DNA of 55,046 nt, counting the filler, from Sphacelaria rigidula (lineage: Eukaryota), in the NCBI GenBank assembly GCA_964200075.2. It is 6 parts of 6 records of this genome, joined end to end, with 100 filler letters (N's around TTAATTAATTAA, not from the genome) between each part and the next. Parts side by side here need not be neighbours in the genome. Positions count along the whole stretch, not along the records: positions 1 to 9,092 come from CAXNAA020009323.1; positions 9,193 to 18,284 come from CAXNAA020009324.1; 4 more parts are not named here. One strand, written 5' to 3'. The notes below the pieces were generated by a model. That model did no database searches and was not told the DNA's origin. It was given only the letters and a program-made list of their open reading frames with translations. The translations under genes and the position numbers were made by a program. How positions within the stretch are numbered: the stretch's first letter is position 1; each line of letters opens with the position of its first letter. Below are positions 1-11,941 of this stretch, one piece after another.

Positions 1-414
1 CGTTGGTCTCCCGTCTAATCGCACGCAGTCGGCTGGCCTCCTCTTCCTTCCTGTGCCATGAGGTCATGAAGCGTTATCCGCGAAAAATGTATGGATATCC
101 GCGGATAAATACCAAAAAGTACGAAAGAGGTTGTTTTGCTTTGGCTTCCAGCTGCTGGACAGGGGGAACGGCGGATTAAATAGCGCACATGTAAGGTCGA
201 ATCCCTGAAAAAGTCAAAAATCAATAGAGAATAATGAGCAGTACATATATGAATTTTAAATGTCACCCAACAGGACAGGGTGACGGGGGGCAGACGCCCA
301 ACAGCAGCAGCGCGTGCCCCAGGACTGAGGCTATCCACCACAAGAAAAGGCATGGAATACATTCCTGAAGAATGACGTCAAAAGCAGGACAGTAGTTTTC
401 AACTGAAGGAGATT

Positions 415-982
415 TTCGAGTGTCTTCGTAGTCGGGGATATTCGAAAGTGTTTTCGCTTACCACCGCTCATCGCAGTGGACATTTGATCCCAAAGTTTGG
501 GGATCTACTAGGAAACCCCTCCACATTCCAAAATAAGGTCGCATCTGCGCTCATCATTGAACACCTTACCGCCTGACCGGTTTTCGGGAGTCCTGAGACT
601 GCCCAGCCCCAGATTTTGACCCTTGAGTATTTTTGCTCGATTGAAGCAATCCCGATCGTTCTCGTCAACAGATGAAAGTGAGCTCTTTTCTTTTTGGTAT
701 TTCTCACTTTTTTCTGGCAAAAACTCCAACGAAATGCAGAACCTGACCCTCACCCCAACGAAATGCAGACCATGCACCGTCGGGCTAAAGCTGAAGAAAT
801 TATTTTTCGGACCAGTGACGGTCGATAACACCTCCTGATGAACAAGGTACTTACTCCGTGTCACCCTGGTAACAGCAACTGAGGATTGTGTTGTCAACAC
901 GATCTGCTTCTCTTCCCAATAAGTTGTGAAGCCAGGACTTTCGAGCGCCAACGACGGATACCACACGCGAAAATTCAGAAAT
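415..982 (+). repeat. ~550-bp interspersed repeat, copy 1 (probably TE-derived)
   Basis: Aligns by eye with the reverse complement of ~1645-2150 and with ~2335-2850. Example: 'aacaaggtacttactccgtgtcacc' versus 'ggtgatacggagtaagtaccttgtt'. Confidence 0.8.
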
Positions 983-987
983 TCATT

Positions 988-1520
988 CAGCGGTTTGATC
1001 TGAGATATGCTACGGAGAACGCACGGATGGGTTACGGAGTGCAGACTTTCAGAACCGTATCGGCGAATTGCTTATCCGGAACGATATTTTTATACTTCGA
1101 ATTCCAAGTTATCCGTCATTCAGAAAAAATTCGTCCGTGGAAATCCGTGTCTTTTTAGAAGTTCGATCCGTAAGTTATGCCACGGAGAGTGCACGGAGTA
1201 CCTACGGAGTGGACAAAACCGCACCGTAATAAACCGCGTTTCACGGTTCCAACCGCGCAGCTGTAATCTATACGGAGTGGAGCATTTTTTTTTCAATTGT
1301 GACGGAGCGGAGCGGATATCCGTACGTAGGAAAATTCACGGATTATTGCGGAGCGGATATCCGCCAACGAAAATGTCACGGTGCGAAGCGGATTTTCCGA
1401 ATATGGTACGGAGCGGAGCGGATATCCGCTCCCTACAAATGCCACGGAGCGGTGCGGATTGACAAACCGCACCGTAATAATCCGCCCCACGGATACATTC
1501 TTAATCCGTGCACATCCCTG
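988..1520. repeat. Segment rich in CGGAGCGGAGCGGATATCCG-type motifs; probable non-autonomous DNA transposon fragment
   Basis: Repeated acgga/tccgt motifs in both orientations. Ends CAGCGG...CCCTG; no TSD found. Confidence 0.45.
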
Positions 1521-1644
1521 CTTATTTTCGACTCAAGCGCACTGAATAGGTAGGAATAAAAAAATAAGAGCCCGTGAAATCATTCATGAGAGTGATTGGA
1601 ATTGGTTCACCCCTACCTGTGCTATGTAGAGCTCGGGTGGGCAA

Positions 1645-2150
1645 TTTTCTGATTTTTCTGGCGTAGTATCCGTCCTTGGCGCTTGAAAGTCCTAGCGTCG
1701 GTAGATATTGGGAAGAGAAGCAGGTCGTGCTCAGAACACAATCCTCAATTGGTGTTTTGGGGGTGATACGGAGTAAGTACCTTGTTCATCAGGGAGTGTT
1801 ATCGATCGCTAATGGTTCAAGAAAAACAGTTTTTCAGCTCTAGCGCAATAAATAGGAGAAAATTAAAAAAAATCATGCCTCTTCGTGTGTTCACGGAAAT
1901 GATTGGGATTGCTTCAATTGAGCAAAAATGCCCAAGGATCAGAACCTGGGGCTGGGTTGTCTCGGGGCCTCCGAAAACCGGTCAGCCCGTAAGTCGTTCA
2001 ATAATAAGCGCAGATGTGAACTTATTTCGGAATGTGGAGGGGATGCCTAGTATCTCCCGATCCCCAAACGTTGGTATCAAACGTTCATTGGGATGAGCGG
2101 TGGCACGCAAAAATACTTTCGAATATTCCCGACTAAAACTCCTGTACCCG
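1645..2150 (-). repeat. ~550-bp interspersed repeat, copy 2 (inverted)
   Basis: Reverse-complement similarity to 415-982. The spurious ORFs 468..707(-) and 1782..2096(+) translate to similar peptides. Confidence 0.8.
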
Positions 2151-2334
2151 AAATTTGGGGAGTGTTGAGATCATGTCCAGCTCTACCCAGTTTGGGATAC
2201 GTATTATGGCCGTATGAAAATGACACTATATACCCGAGTATTGCTCAGAGTATCCACCCCAGTATTTGGGTAGACTATTGACATCATAATCAACTCTACC
2301 CATTAGTTGGGTCCAGAGTCCACATACAAACTGG

Positions 2335-2850
2335 GCGAAAATCTATCATAGTATTTTTTGCGATTTTTCGCGTAACACCGCTCATCACAGCGGACGTTTG
2401 ATCCCGAAGTTTGGGTATCGAGAAATACAATCATCCACGTCACATTTCGAAAAAAATCATTTCTGCACTCAATATTGAACGACTTGCAGGGTGACCGGTA
2501 CTCGAGGGCCCTGCGTCTAAACAGTCCCGGTTTTGATTCCTCCATATTTTCGCTCGGTTGAACCAATCCCGATTGTTTTCGTAAACACAAATATATTTTC
2601 CCCCTAAAATTGTACCTGCTTGGTGCGTTCGAGCAAAAAAAAGCAAAAAAACTGCGTTTTTTATCAATGACGGTCGGTAACACTCTCTGATAAACGAGGT
2701 CTTTACTCCGTATCACCCCGACAACACCAACTTAGGGGTTTTGCCGTAAGCATGCCCTGCTTATTCCCCAAATATCTATCGACTCTTACATTTTCGAGTG
2801 CTAGGAAAGCATAATATACCAGGAATTGAAAAAACGACCAATTACGAAAA
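2335..2850 (+). repeat. ~550-bp interspersed repeat, copy 3
   Basis: Direct similarity to 415-982, e.g. 'caccgctcatcacagcggacgtttgatcccgaagtttggg'. Confidence 0.75.
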
Positions 2851-3648
2851 TTGCCCAGTTTGCACGCGGACTGCTATGACGTATTGAATTCATACCCACG
2901 TCTGCCCCAAAAAATGGGTGGCGTATTTGAGGTCGTACCCAATCTACCCAAGCCTTGGGTAGAAAAGATACCCGGATATAATACCTGGGTACTCAAGAGT
3001 ACATGCCCTACAAAACACACTCTTGGTACGTTTCTTGGACTACCCCGGGACGCGGACACTTTCTAGTTTTCGCTTTGGGGTACTCTCTACTGGCCCCCGG
3101 CGGTTTCCACGCCTAGATCCCCGGAAGTCGGTAAGGAGCGGATAAACTTTGAGCTCATTTCCAACAAGACATTTTTCCGCATGGAGTCCCAATACCTTCC
3201 GGACCGCTGAGTTTGAGGGCGAGCTGAGCTTTTCTACGACAGATACAAGGGAAATCGTCACGATCCTTTCTGGGCCTTTGATGCATATTATGAATGGAAA
3301 CCCGATGACACCGAAACCCTACATCCCCAAAATACCACGGTTTCGGGTATAATTCGATCCCACAGTCACCACTTTCAACTTGGTTTTTTTCCCAGTTAGA
3401 TCCCCGAGCTGATGGCGATTTCTGAGATTTAAAGCAGGTGGAGATTGGATAAAAAATGAAACAGGAATGCGTATTTTTATTTCAGAATGATTTCAAGGCC
3501 GCTGATTGGTCGAGGTACCTTTTCGTCCTTAGCACCATCGCTATGGCTTGAACGAAAAATCCGGCTATCTCACCCTCTTCCTTGTCCACGACGGTCGGTA
3601 TAATACCATGTATACGCCTATCGGGGAAGTAGGGCGGAAGGAATTTGG

Positions 3649-5064
3649 CACACGTAGGACAGCTCATGAGCTAGCTCATCTGCGGGTGGTAGCTCACTTG
3701 TCGTCAAACATGTACATCTGAGCTACGAGTTGGTAGCTCACCCAGGACAAACATGCGAAGCTCATGCAGCTCTCATAGCTCACCCAGGGCGAATATGAGC
3801 AGATGAGCTACGGGTTGGTAGCTCACCTAGGGCAAACATGCGTAGCTCATGCAGCTCTCATAGCTCACCCAGGACGAATCTGCGCTGATTAGCTACCGGT
3901 TGGTAGCTCGCCTATCGCAAATGTGCGTAGCCCATACAGATCCCATAGCTCACCCAGGGCACACATGTGCAGCTGATGTAGCTCTCACAGCTCACCCAGG
4001 GGAAACATATGCGGATGAGCTACGCTCGATAGCTCACCCAAGGCAAACATGTGTGGCTCACGCAGCTGTTGTAGCTCACACGGGAAAAGCATGGGCGGAT
4101 GAGCTACGCCCGATAGCTCACCCCAGGGACACATGGTCGTGGTTCACTCACGTCATATGCCTAGCTCGCCGCTAGCCAACCCCGTGTCGCTCATGATGTA
4201 ACATTCTTTTTCTAACGGATGGCGCCACATATCATTAGGTTGTGATGTTTTGCCTCACTCTTCGCGATAGGAAAAAAAGAAGCCAACACATATCCTCGTT
4301 CGCTTGGTCGGATGGTTAAAAAAAGTATTAATATTCACTGTCTACAATAATCGACCGATTCATTTTTTTTTATTGGTTGGCCGCGAGGGTACGAGTCCAT
4401 GTGATCATGCATTCGTTTTTCAAGTGAAATTGGAGCCGATTCAACAGATGACTCATGCTCGCCGTGAAGGGGTTAGCCCTTTGATCGCGAGGGTTGGCGA
4501 TCTCATAAATCAGCTCAATTCACTTTATTTTTCGGGTGTGAATGATGCCGATTGAGAAACCTCCTACCCTCGCGGTCAGAGGGATGCGCAATCGTAGCTC
4601 TCATAGCTCTCATAGCTCATCCAGGGCAAACATGTGTAGCTCATGCATCTCTCATAGCTCATCCGGGGCAAACGTGCGTCGCTCATGCAGCTCTCATAGC
4701 TCACCCACCGCGAATATGAGCTGATGAGCTACGGGTTGGTGGCTCATCCAGGGAAAACATGCGTAGCTCATGCAGGGCTCATAGCTCAGCCAGGACGAAT
4801 CTGAGCTGATGAGCTACGGATCGGCAGCTTACCTATCGCAAACGTGCGTAGCTAATACAGCTCCCACAGCTCCCCCAGGGCGAGTATGAGCTGATGAGCT
4901 ACGGGTTGGTAGCTCACGTACGGTAAACATGCGTAGCTCATAAAGCTCTCACAGGTCACCCCAGGAAAAACATGCGCAGCTCCTGTAGCTCTCATAGCTG
5001 ACTAGGGAGCTACGCTCAAAAAGAGCTAGCTTGAGCTATAGGCAGCTGATCTGTCCGACGTGTG
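3649..5064 (+). mobile_element. Non-autonomous hAT-like DNA transposon with AGCT-rich arms and internal cargo
   Basis: TIRs CACACGTAGGACAG / CTGTCCGACGTGTG. Perfect 8-bp TSD GAATTTGG (3641-3648, 5065-5072). Arms built of GAGCTAC-N6-GTAGCTC repeats; unique insert at ~4136-4592. Confidence 0.88.
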
Positions 5065-5664
5065 GAATTTGGGATGACACGAGACCGGGTACTGAGCATG
5101 AACCAGCTCGTGCAGTAAAACATGACATGATCTATAGCTACACCTTTCGATATCCGAGTAGTATCCCCTCATCCCGGAATCTCTGCTTCTAAATTAATTT
5201 GTGTTCCAAACTATCGGGAAGAAGTGGCACGTGCGTAGGAACAGCCTCCAACTCTGACGAACAGCATACAACCGCACCATCTTTACCGGCTATGTTATGT
5301 CGAAATGTGGTGAGGTGGCAAAAATAACCCATGTTATGTCGAAATGTCCGTGGCTCCCGAGATTACTTCTCCACACCCAAGGGTAGTAGCCTTGTAAGGT
5401 CCAAAGAAATATCACATGCCGTATCGCCCTCTCCAAAGTCCTAGCCCCATATCCCGCAGCCAACGCAAATTAATCCTTGCGCCATGCCCTCATGACCCCA
5501 ACCACTACTACTACTTGCATCAATTGGGACACTTTCCGACATGTGATGTATTGAATTTAGTTCTTGGCCTAACTTTGAACGGGTCCTCGACTTTGGCCGG
5601 GCGTTCAACATATTTTGATGAACTCGAAGGCCCAGACGAAATTGAGAGCCCGTTCGGAATTTTG

Positions 5665-7977
5665 CACGGTTCGGACGGATGAAATCGTGATTCGACTCAT
5701 GATCAACATGTGGACGAATAAATCATACGATTCGTACACAATTTGTGAATGTTTTGGGTTCGTGATTCGTGCGATACCACCTTGAGCGTACATATTCCAA
5801 GTTCGTGGTTCGTGCCGTACACCGCCAAAGGTACACGTTTCCTACCTTCCATTCGTAAGGCGTGAATCAGAGATACATGGTTCCACACGTCGGACAGGTC
5901 AGCTCCCTAGTGAGCTATGAGAGCTGTATGAGCTACGCATATTTACCGTACGTGAGCCACCAACCCGTAGCTCATCAGCTCATATTCGTCCTGGGTGAGC
6001 TGTGGAAGCTGTGTTAGCTACACACGTTTGCGATATGTGAGCTACCAACCCGTAGCTCATCAGCTCAAATTCGTCCAAGGTGAGCTGAGAGCTGCATGAG
6101 CTACGCACGTTTGCGATAGGTGAGCTATCAACCCGTAGCTCCTCAACTCACATTCGCGGTGGGTGAGCTATGACAGCTGCATGAGCTACGCATGTTTGCC
6201 CCGGATGAGTAATGAGAGATGCATGAGCTACACGTGTTTGCACTGGTTGAGCTCATGAGCTACGGGAGCTACGCCGATCTTGGGGTTGTTTCTGTTCCGA
6301 CGCTCATAGCACGTTGATATTGCAAGTACGTGACAACGGTTAGATATGCACACACCTGTTCCGTTTTGTGTAGCGATGGATTTGCTTCTTGTAAACATCA
6401 ACAATCACCATGGCTGCATCAGAAGTTATCCGCATCACAGCCACCACATACACACAACCACAGACGCACCCACAACCACAGTCACACACAAGTCGCCCTG
6501 CATGGCGACCGCGGGGGGCAGCAGCTCTAGCCGCGCTTTAGTCGGAAATGATGCCATGGATCTGGATCCTTCGCAACAGGCGATCGATGCGGAAGACGGG
6601 ATTACACTGACTCACATAAGCACATGCTTGCATTGGGTGAGCTATCGAGCGTAGCTCATCCGCATATGTTTTCCCTGCGTGAGTTGTAAGAAGTGCGTGA
6701 GCTACACATGTTTTTCCGGAGTGAGCTACAAGAGCTAGGTGAGCTACGCATATTTGCCTTGGGTGAGCTACCGGACGTAGCTCATCCGCGCATGTTTTCT
6801 CTGGGTGAGCTGTGAGAGCTACACGAGCTGCACATGTTTGCCCTGGGTGAGCGATCAGTCCGTAGCTCATCAGCTGATATTCGCCCTGAGTGAGCTATGG
6901 GAGCTGTATGAGCTACGCACGTTTGCGGTAGGTGAGCTACCAAACCATAGCTCATTAGCTCATATTCGCCCTGGGTGAGCTACCAACCCGTAGCTGATCT
7001 GCTCATACTCGCGGTGGGTGAACTATGAGAGCTGCATGAGCTACGCATGTTTGCCTGTGCTGAGCTATCGGGCGTAGCTCACTCGCGCATGTTTGACTAC
7101 AAGTGAGCTACCGCCCGCAGATGAGCTAGCTCATGACCTGTCCTACGTGTGCATGTTTCCCAATTTCCACTCTATCCAGAATGAATCATGCGCACACGTA
7201 CCCCGCCTTCCATTCATACGAGGTGAACCAAGCGTACTTATTTCCCAAGTTTTGTTCATGCAGCACGAACCATACGTACATGTTCCCCAACTCCCGTTTC
7301 ACACGAGACGAATCAAGCGTGCATGCTTCCCAATTTTCATTCATGCGGCATGAATCGTACGTACGTGTTCCCTACCTTTCATTCATAGAAGATGGATCAA
7401 GTGTATATGTTTCCCACCGTTTATTTATGCAGCGCGAATCATGCGTACATGCCCTTCACCTTCTGTCCGTAGGATATGAATCTTGTCAACATTTTGTTTC
7501 CCGCCTGTCAGTCCACTGGAGGCGATTCTTGGGTGGCGCGGCCCATGTGCAGGTGGGGTGGGCAAATAAGAGCGTACATGTCGCGAACCCCTCAAGAGCT
7601 AAATCCACAATAAACCCAATTTCAAATTTTGTACTCACACAGAACATATCAACTATTAACAGCCTTTGCACTTTCATTTTGCGTTCTATGGTACAGTTGA
7701 CCGGAACACACTGTATACAATACCACGAACACTGGCGAGGAACACAGCACCAGCACGAGTCGTCCTCGCATGCTCGTGGGAGTTTTCGGGGAAACTCCGG
7801 TAGCGTACTCTGAAGTTCGCGGACAGTACGGTACAGCATGGCACAACACGTATCTGCGCGCCTACAGTGATTATTCTAGCTGATCATTTTCCTATTTTTC
7901 ATACAGCATGAATCACGTGAGTCACGTACGTGTTTTTCACCTTGCGATCCTGAGGATGAATCATAGACACATGGTTC
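5665..7977 (+). mobile_element. Host repeat beginning CACGGTTCGGAC with degenerate 'gaatca...catgtttcc' tandem units, interrupted by nested insertions
   Basis: Start resembles the CA(C/A)GGGTCGGAC TIR family. Tandem degenerate units at 5780-5883, 7152-7500 and 7905-7977. Right end not identified. Confidence 0.5.
5884..7151 (-). mobile_element. Second AGCT-rich hAT-like element (inverted), with different internal cargo
   Basis: TIRs CACACGTCGGACAG / CTGTCCTACGTGTG. 8-bp TSD CATGGTTC / CATGTTTC (1 mismatch). Unique insert at ~6272-6620. Confidence 0.85.
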
Positions 7978-8377
7978 CACACGTCGGACGGATCAGCTCG
8001 TGACAGATCTGGGTCAGCTCATTTGGGGCATAGATCATGATCCGTCCGAGGTGAGCTATCACCCGTACACGTTTGCCCGATGCTGATCCGTAGGACTCGC
8101 TTGACCCGTACATGTTTGCCGAGCGACGAGCTGTATGACCCGCTTCACACACTCACTTTCGTGTACAACTGATCTGCAGACCCGTGTCATCTGTACAACA
8201 TCACATAGTTCTCATTTGTATCACTCAGATCAGGCAAGCGCAGTAGCTCGTCGATCCGTGCGATGTGAATCTCATGTACACCAAAAGCTACCCTCTACCT
8301 GTGGAATCCGAATCTAGTGTAGTATACAGTACAAGAAACCCTTTTCCGCACCCGTGAGATCCGGATCAAGTATGCAA

Positions 8378-8800
8378 GAAAACAGTATTCAGCTCCCTCA
8401 CCTGTTAACCTGTATGGCCCGGGTACAATGCATGTTCACAAGTCCGGACTTTGGCTGTGGCAACGCGGGCATATGGAACATGAAGTACGTATATTTTATT
8501 CCGAGTGGTTCCACGGTAGGAAGGCATATCTTTTCCGAAGATGTGCACTGTTGGCGCATCCGAATGGAGTGTACAAAAAACAGTATCAAGCATTCCTCAT
8601 CTGCTAAACTGGCCCTAGTACAATGTGCATGTTCACGAGTCCGTATGTTTGCTGTAGCAACCCGGGCCAATGGAGCATGAGGTACGCATATTTTATTCCG
8701 AGTGGTTCCACGGTAGGGCTGCATATTTTTTCTGAAGATGTACACTGTCTGCGCATCCGAATGAAGTATACAAAAAACAATATCCATTAATCCTCACCTG
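8378..8800 (+). repeat. Degenerate tandem duplication, ~190-200 bp unit
   Basis: 'tttattccgagtggttccacggtagg' and flanks occur at ~8496 and ~8692. Confidence 0.75.
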
Positions 8801-9002
8801 AACCGTACTACCAGTGCGATTCGTACATATCCGCCTGATGATGATCTGTATGACCCGTGTGATTCGTACATATATATGTCTGATGATCTGTATGACCCGA
8901 GGATCCGTACATGATCTCCTTGGGCACACCCATGTAATCCGAATCAGGTGTACACGAAACGTTAAGAAGAACCTGCGTATCCTTACAATCCGTACAAGAT
9001 AC

Positions 9003-9092
9003 CAAGGGTCGGACAAATAATGATTCGTCTAAAAATTACTTGGTTTCAGTATAATGAGTCGACTCGTGACGAATCAATCCCAAGGCTTTATT
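9003..9092 (+). mobile_element. Left end of a CAAGGGTCGGAC-family MITE, truncated by contig end
   Basis: Near-identical to 47190-47262. Confidence 0.75.
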
Positions 9093-9192
9093 NNNNNNNN
9101 NNNNNNNNNNNNNNNNNNNNNNNNNNNNNNNNNNNNTTAATTAATTAANNNNNNNNNNNNNNNNNNNNNNNNNNNNNNNNNNNNNNNNNNNN
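9093..9192. other. Artificial contig linker (N44-TTAATTAATTAA-N44)
   Basis: 100 bp with a six-frame stop 12-mer in the centre. Identical linkers at 18285-18384, 27476-27575, 36667-36766 and 45857-45956 delimit segments of 9092, 9092, 9091, 9091, 9090 and 9090 bp. Confidence 0.97.
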
Positions 9193-9992
9193 CAAACAGT
9201 TTGCAAGTCGGGTTGCCCACTTGAGCCTCAATTCAGAGTTAAACCTCAGTTTGCACAATTTACTGTGAAATGATGATCATCTCGTGATAGTGAAGTGACG
9301 GTTCATAACTTCTTTATCACGAGAAATCACGCGCCGTTCTAATCGAGTATGCTAGGGTGGGAAACAAGGGCCCTTACAGGCGTGATGTGTAACGTGTAAC
9401 CGTCCTCCTGACAACACACACCACATCAACCACCTCGCTGCTCGCGCAAGCACCAGAGCACACGCCCAGAACATGGCGAATCAACCGGTGATGGTGTGGT
9501 TGTGGTCTTCTTTTGAGGTCAGCACAGCAACATATGCACAAAGAAATTGTGTTTCGAGCACAACTTGACACAGACAGCAATTGGCGTGACGTGTATCCGG
9601 TTTGCACAGAAGTTGTTGAAGACCAGGAGAATCATTTTGATCACAAATCATGAATCACATGGGCACTAACGACGTACGTTTCACTCGTGGCCTGTCTTTG
9701 TGCCGACTGCCTGACCCCTCTTGTGTTGCCAACATAGCTTCACACTATAATGTTGCTGTGGAACACCAAGTAGAGACACCAGTAGCGTGCAGTAGACTGT
9801 TATGTTCAGTGCAGAACGATGTACGCTCACTGTTTCTTGCTGCTGAGTCCAACGAAGATAAACAACTGATGATGATTTTGTCCTCACTTGAGTGCGGGTG
9901 GGTGCAAAGTCGTGAGGGTTTCTTCTGTAGTATTTTCTCTATATTTGCGGAGCATCCAGGTAAACTCTAGGTGACATGGGAAGAACTATTAA

Positions 9993-10430
9993 CACGAGAT
10001 CTTACAAATTAGGGATGGATCTTTTATTGGGGATGAGAAACCCGGAGAATTAAAATCTTTGCATTCACACCAAATCTTCGAAATTTTGTTCCATCTACTC
10101 ACCCACTGATAGCTATTGAAAACAGCTACACGCCATAGAAATTTGGAATTCGATCACCGAAATGTTGGGGTCCTAGATGAAAAACCAACGCCGGAACCAT
10201 TTGGGCGTCTGTTCGGACACTCGGAATTCCCCAATATTGGTTTTCCACCTGAGACCCCAACATTTCGGTGATCGAATTCCAAATTTCCATGCGTGTAGCA
10301 GTTGTCAATAGCTATCAGTGGGTGAAGAAATGGAATCATATTTCGAAGATTTGGTGTGGATACGAAGATTTTAATTTTCCGGGTTTCTCATCCCCAAAAA
10401 AAGATCCATCCTCATTTGTAAGATCCCGTG
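9993..10430. mobile_element. Foldback MITE with ~200-bp terminal inverted repeats
   Basis: 'cacgagatcttacaaat...' and '...atttgtaagatcccgtg' are reverse complements over ~200 bp. Flanks are TTAA / TTTA. Confidence 0.85.
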
Positions 10431-11941
10431 TTTACTACATAGGACATCACGGCAGAGAGCTCCTTTCATCAAACGCTTGGGATAGAGCAGCTCCGTGCTG
10501 GCTCAGTTTGTTTGTCTCAACGTGCACGCGTCCGCCTTGCGTGTCTTCTCCGATCCCAGCACACGACTATAGCTGAAGTACGGACGGAGACGCAACAGAC
10601 AGCTGCACAGTCGTCGCGTGATCGTTTCATCGTGTCACCTTTGTGTACAGAAAGTAGCTAGTGTACAGCACTTTGATCTCATTCCACTTCTGTGCTTACC
10701 GGACCACCGCTTGCAGCACTACAACTTTTCAGGCATTCTCTAGCGCACATCACACCATGTTCGTCGTAGAGTGTTCAAATGCACAACAGCACAGCGATAA
10801 CTACAGCATAGAAATGATGGGTGTTGGAAGCGCCTTGTTCATTCGACTACATATTCTGAAAAAGGTATTGCTTTGTTGTAGTAGTACAGCAGCAGCAGCT
10901 GGACACTATTAACTTTGCAACAGCAGAATCTGATGCAAATTGTATAGACCTTTTGTTCAAGTTAAAAAAAAACACTGCAGAACTGCTGTCTTGTCTTGTG
11001 TTCAGTGTAGTACTCTGTACTCCATATACCACGGCAGAATTTTGTTGTGTTCAGTGCAGTGCCCTGTACTCCATATAATGGGGCACGTTTTGAGCAGTTT
11101 TTGAAACGTTCTGCTCGTTTTTTTTTCAAGTTCTCGAAACGTCTGCTTGCTTTCTGTCACAGAAATCCAATGCCGAATCTGGAATGGCCTGAGAAATTAC
11201 CCAACTTGAATATTGGAACATCAATGTGAGACACTACGTGCGCTGTGGCTTGAGATACACATACAGGTGTGGGATGAACGAGGATAATAAGTCGAAAGCC
11301 TTTTTCAGTCTCCGTGCCTTCATCCCAGGGCTCGAGACATGCACCTCGAGAATAGCACTGCATCATCCAGAGAAAGCTGCACATCTCTGCTGCATAAGTT
11401 GTACGTCAACAGCAGTGTCACGATTCATTTCGTGGCCGACTTCTACAGTGCATCTACCTTGGGGCAGCTCTCAGCACATGACTGCAAGAAATATGGCGAT
11501 TACATCTGTCGAGACCAAGGGTCCACGACACCCTGTTGGAACATAGCAGTGAGATATAAGGACCCCACAACCTTAAGAACTCTCTCGCATCGAGAGAGCA
11601 AACGAATCCATGCCAGCCACTTTCCGTTTAAGGTGACGGGTCGTGCAAGCTGGCGTCCAGCATACTCCCCGCGTAATCTGAACAAGATCAGTACAGGGAA
11701 CAGCACCATCCATCATCTGTCGGACGCCCCTCCTAGCTCCAACTTCACGCTTGAGCCCTCCAACGGCTCTAGTGATTCCACACCAGCAAACCCACCGAGA
11801 GACCCACATACAAATGCCGGCGAACCATAGAGCCGTCCCACACTCACACCACAACTGCTACTGCTGGAGCTACTCTTACCATCTGAGCTGCTCCAACCCC
11901 TCGAAGGGCCAGCATGCTTGCTACACTCTCCCATTCCAGCG

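Noticed and set aside
3649-7151. AGCT-rich repeats as a CRISPR array or hammerhead ribozymes (CTGATGAG motif)
   Set aside because: No constant repeat with unique spacers, and the context is eukaryotic. The hairpin after CTGATGA is not followed by GAAA. TIRs and TSDs explain these as transposon subterminal repeats.
7133-7813. 226-aa ORF
   Set aside because: Runs through degenerate tandem repeat DNA; no recognisable domain or splice support.
9137-9148. Periodic TTAATTAATTAA motif every ~9.19 kb
   Set aside because: Assembly linker embedded in Ns, not biological.
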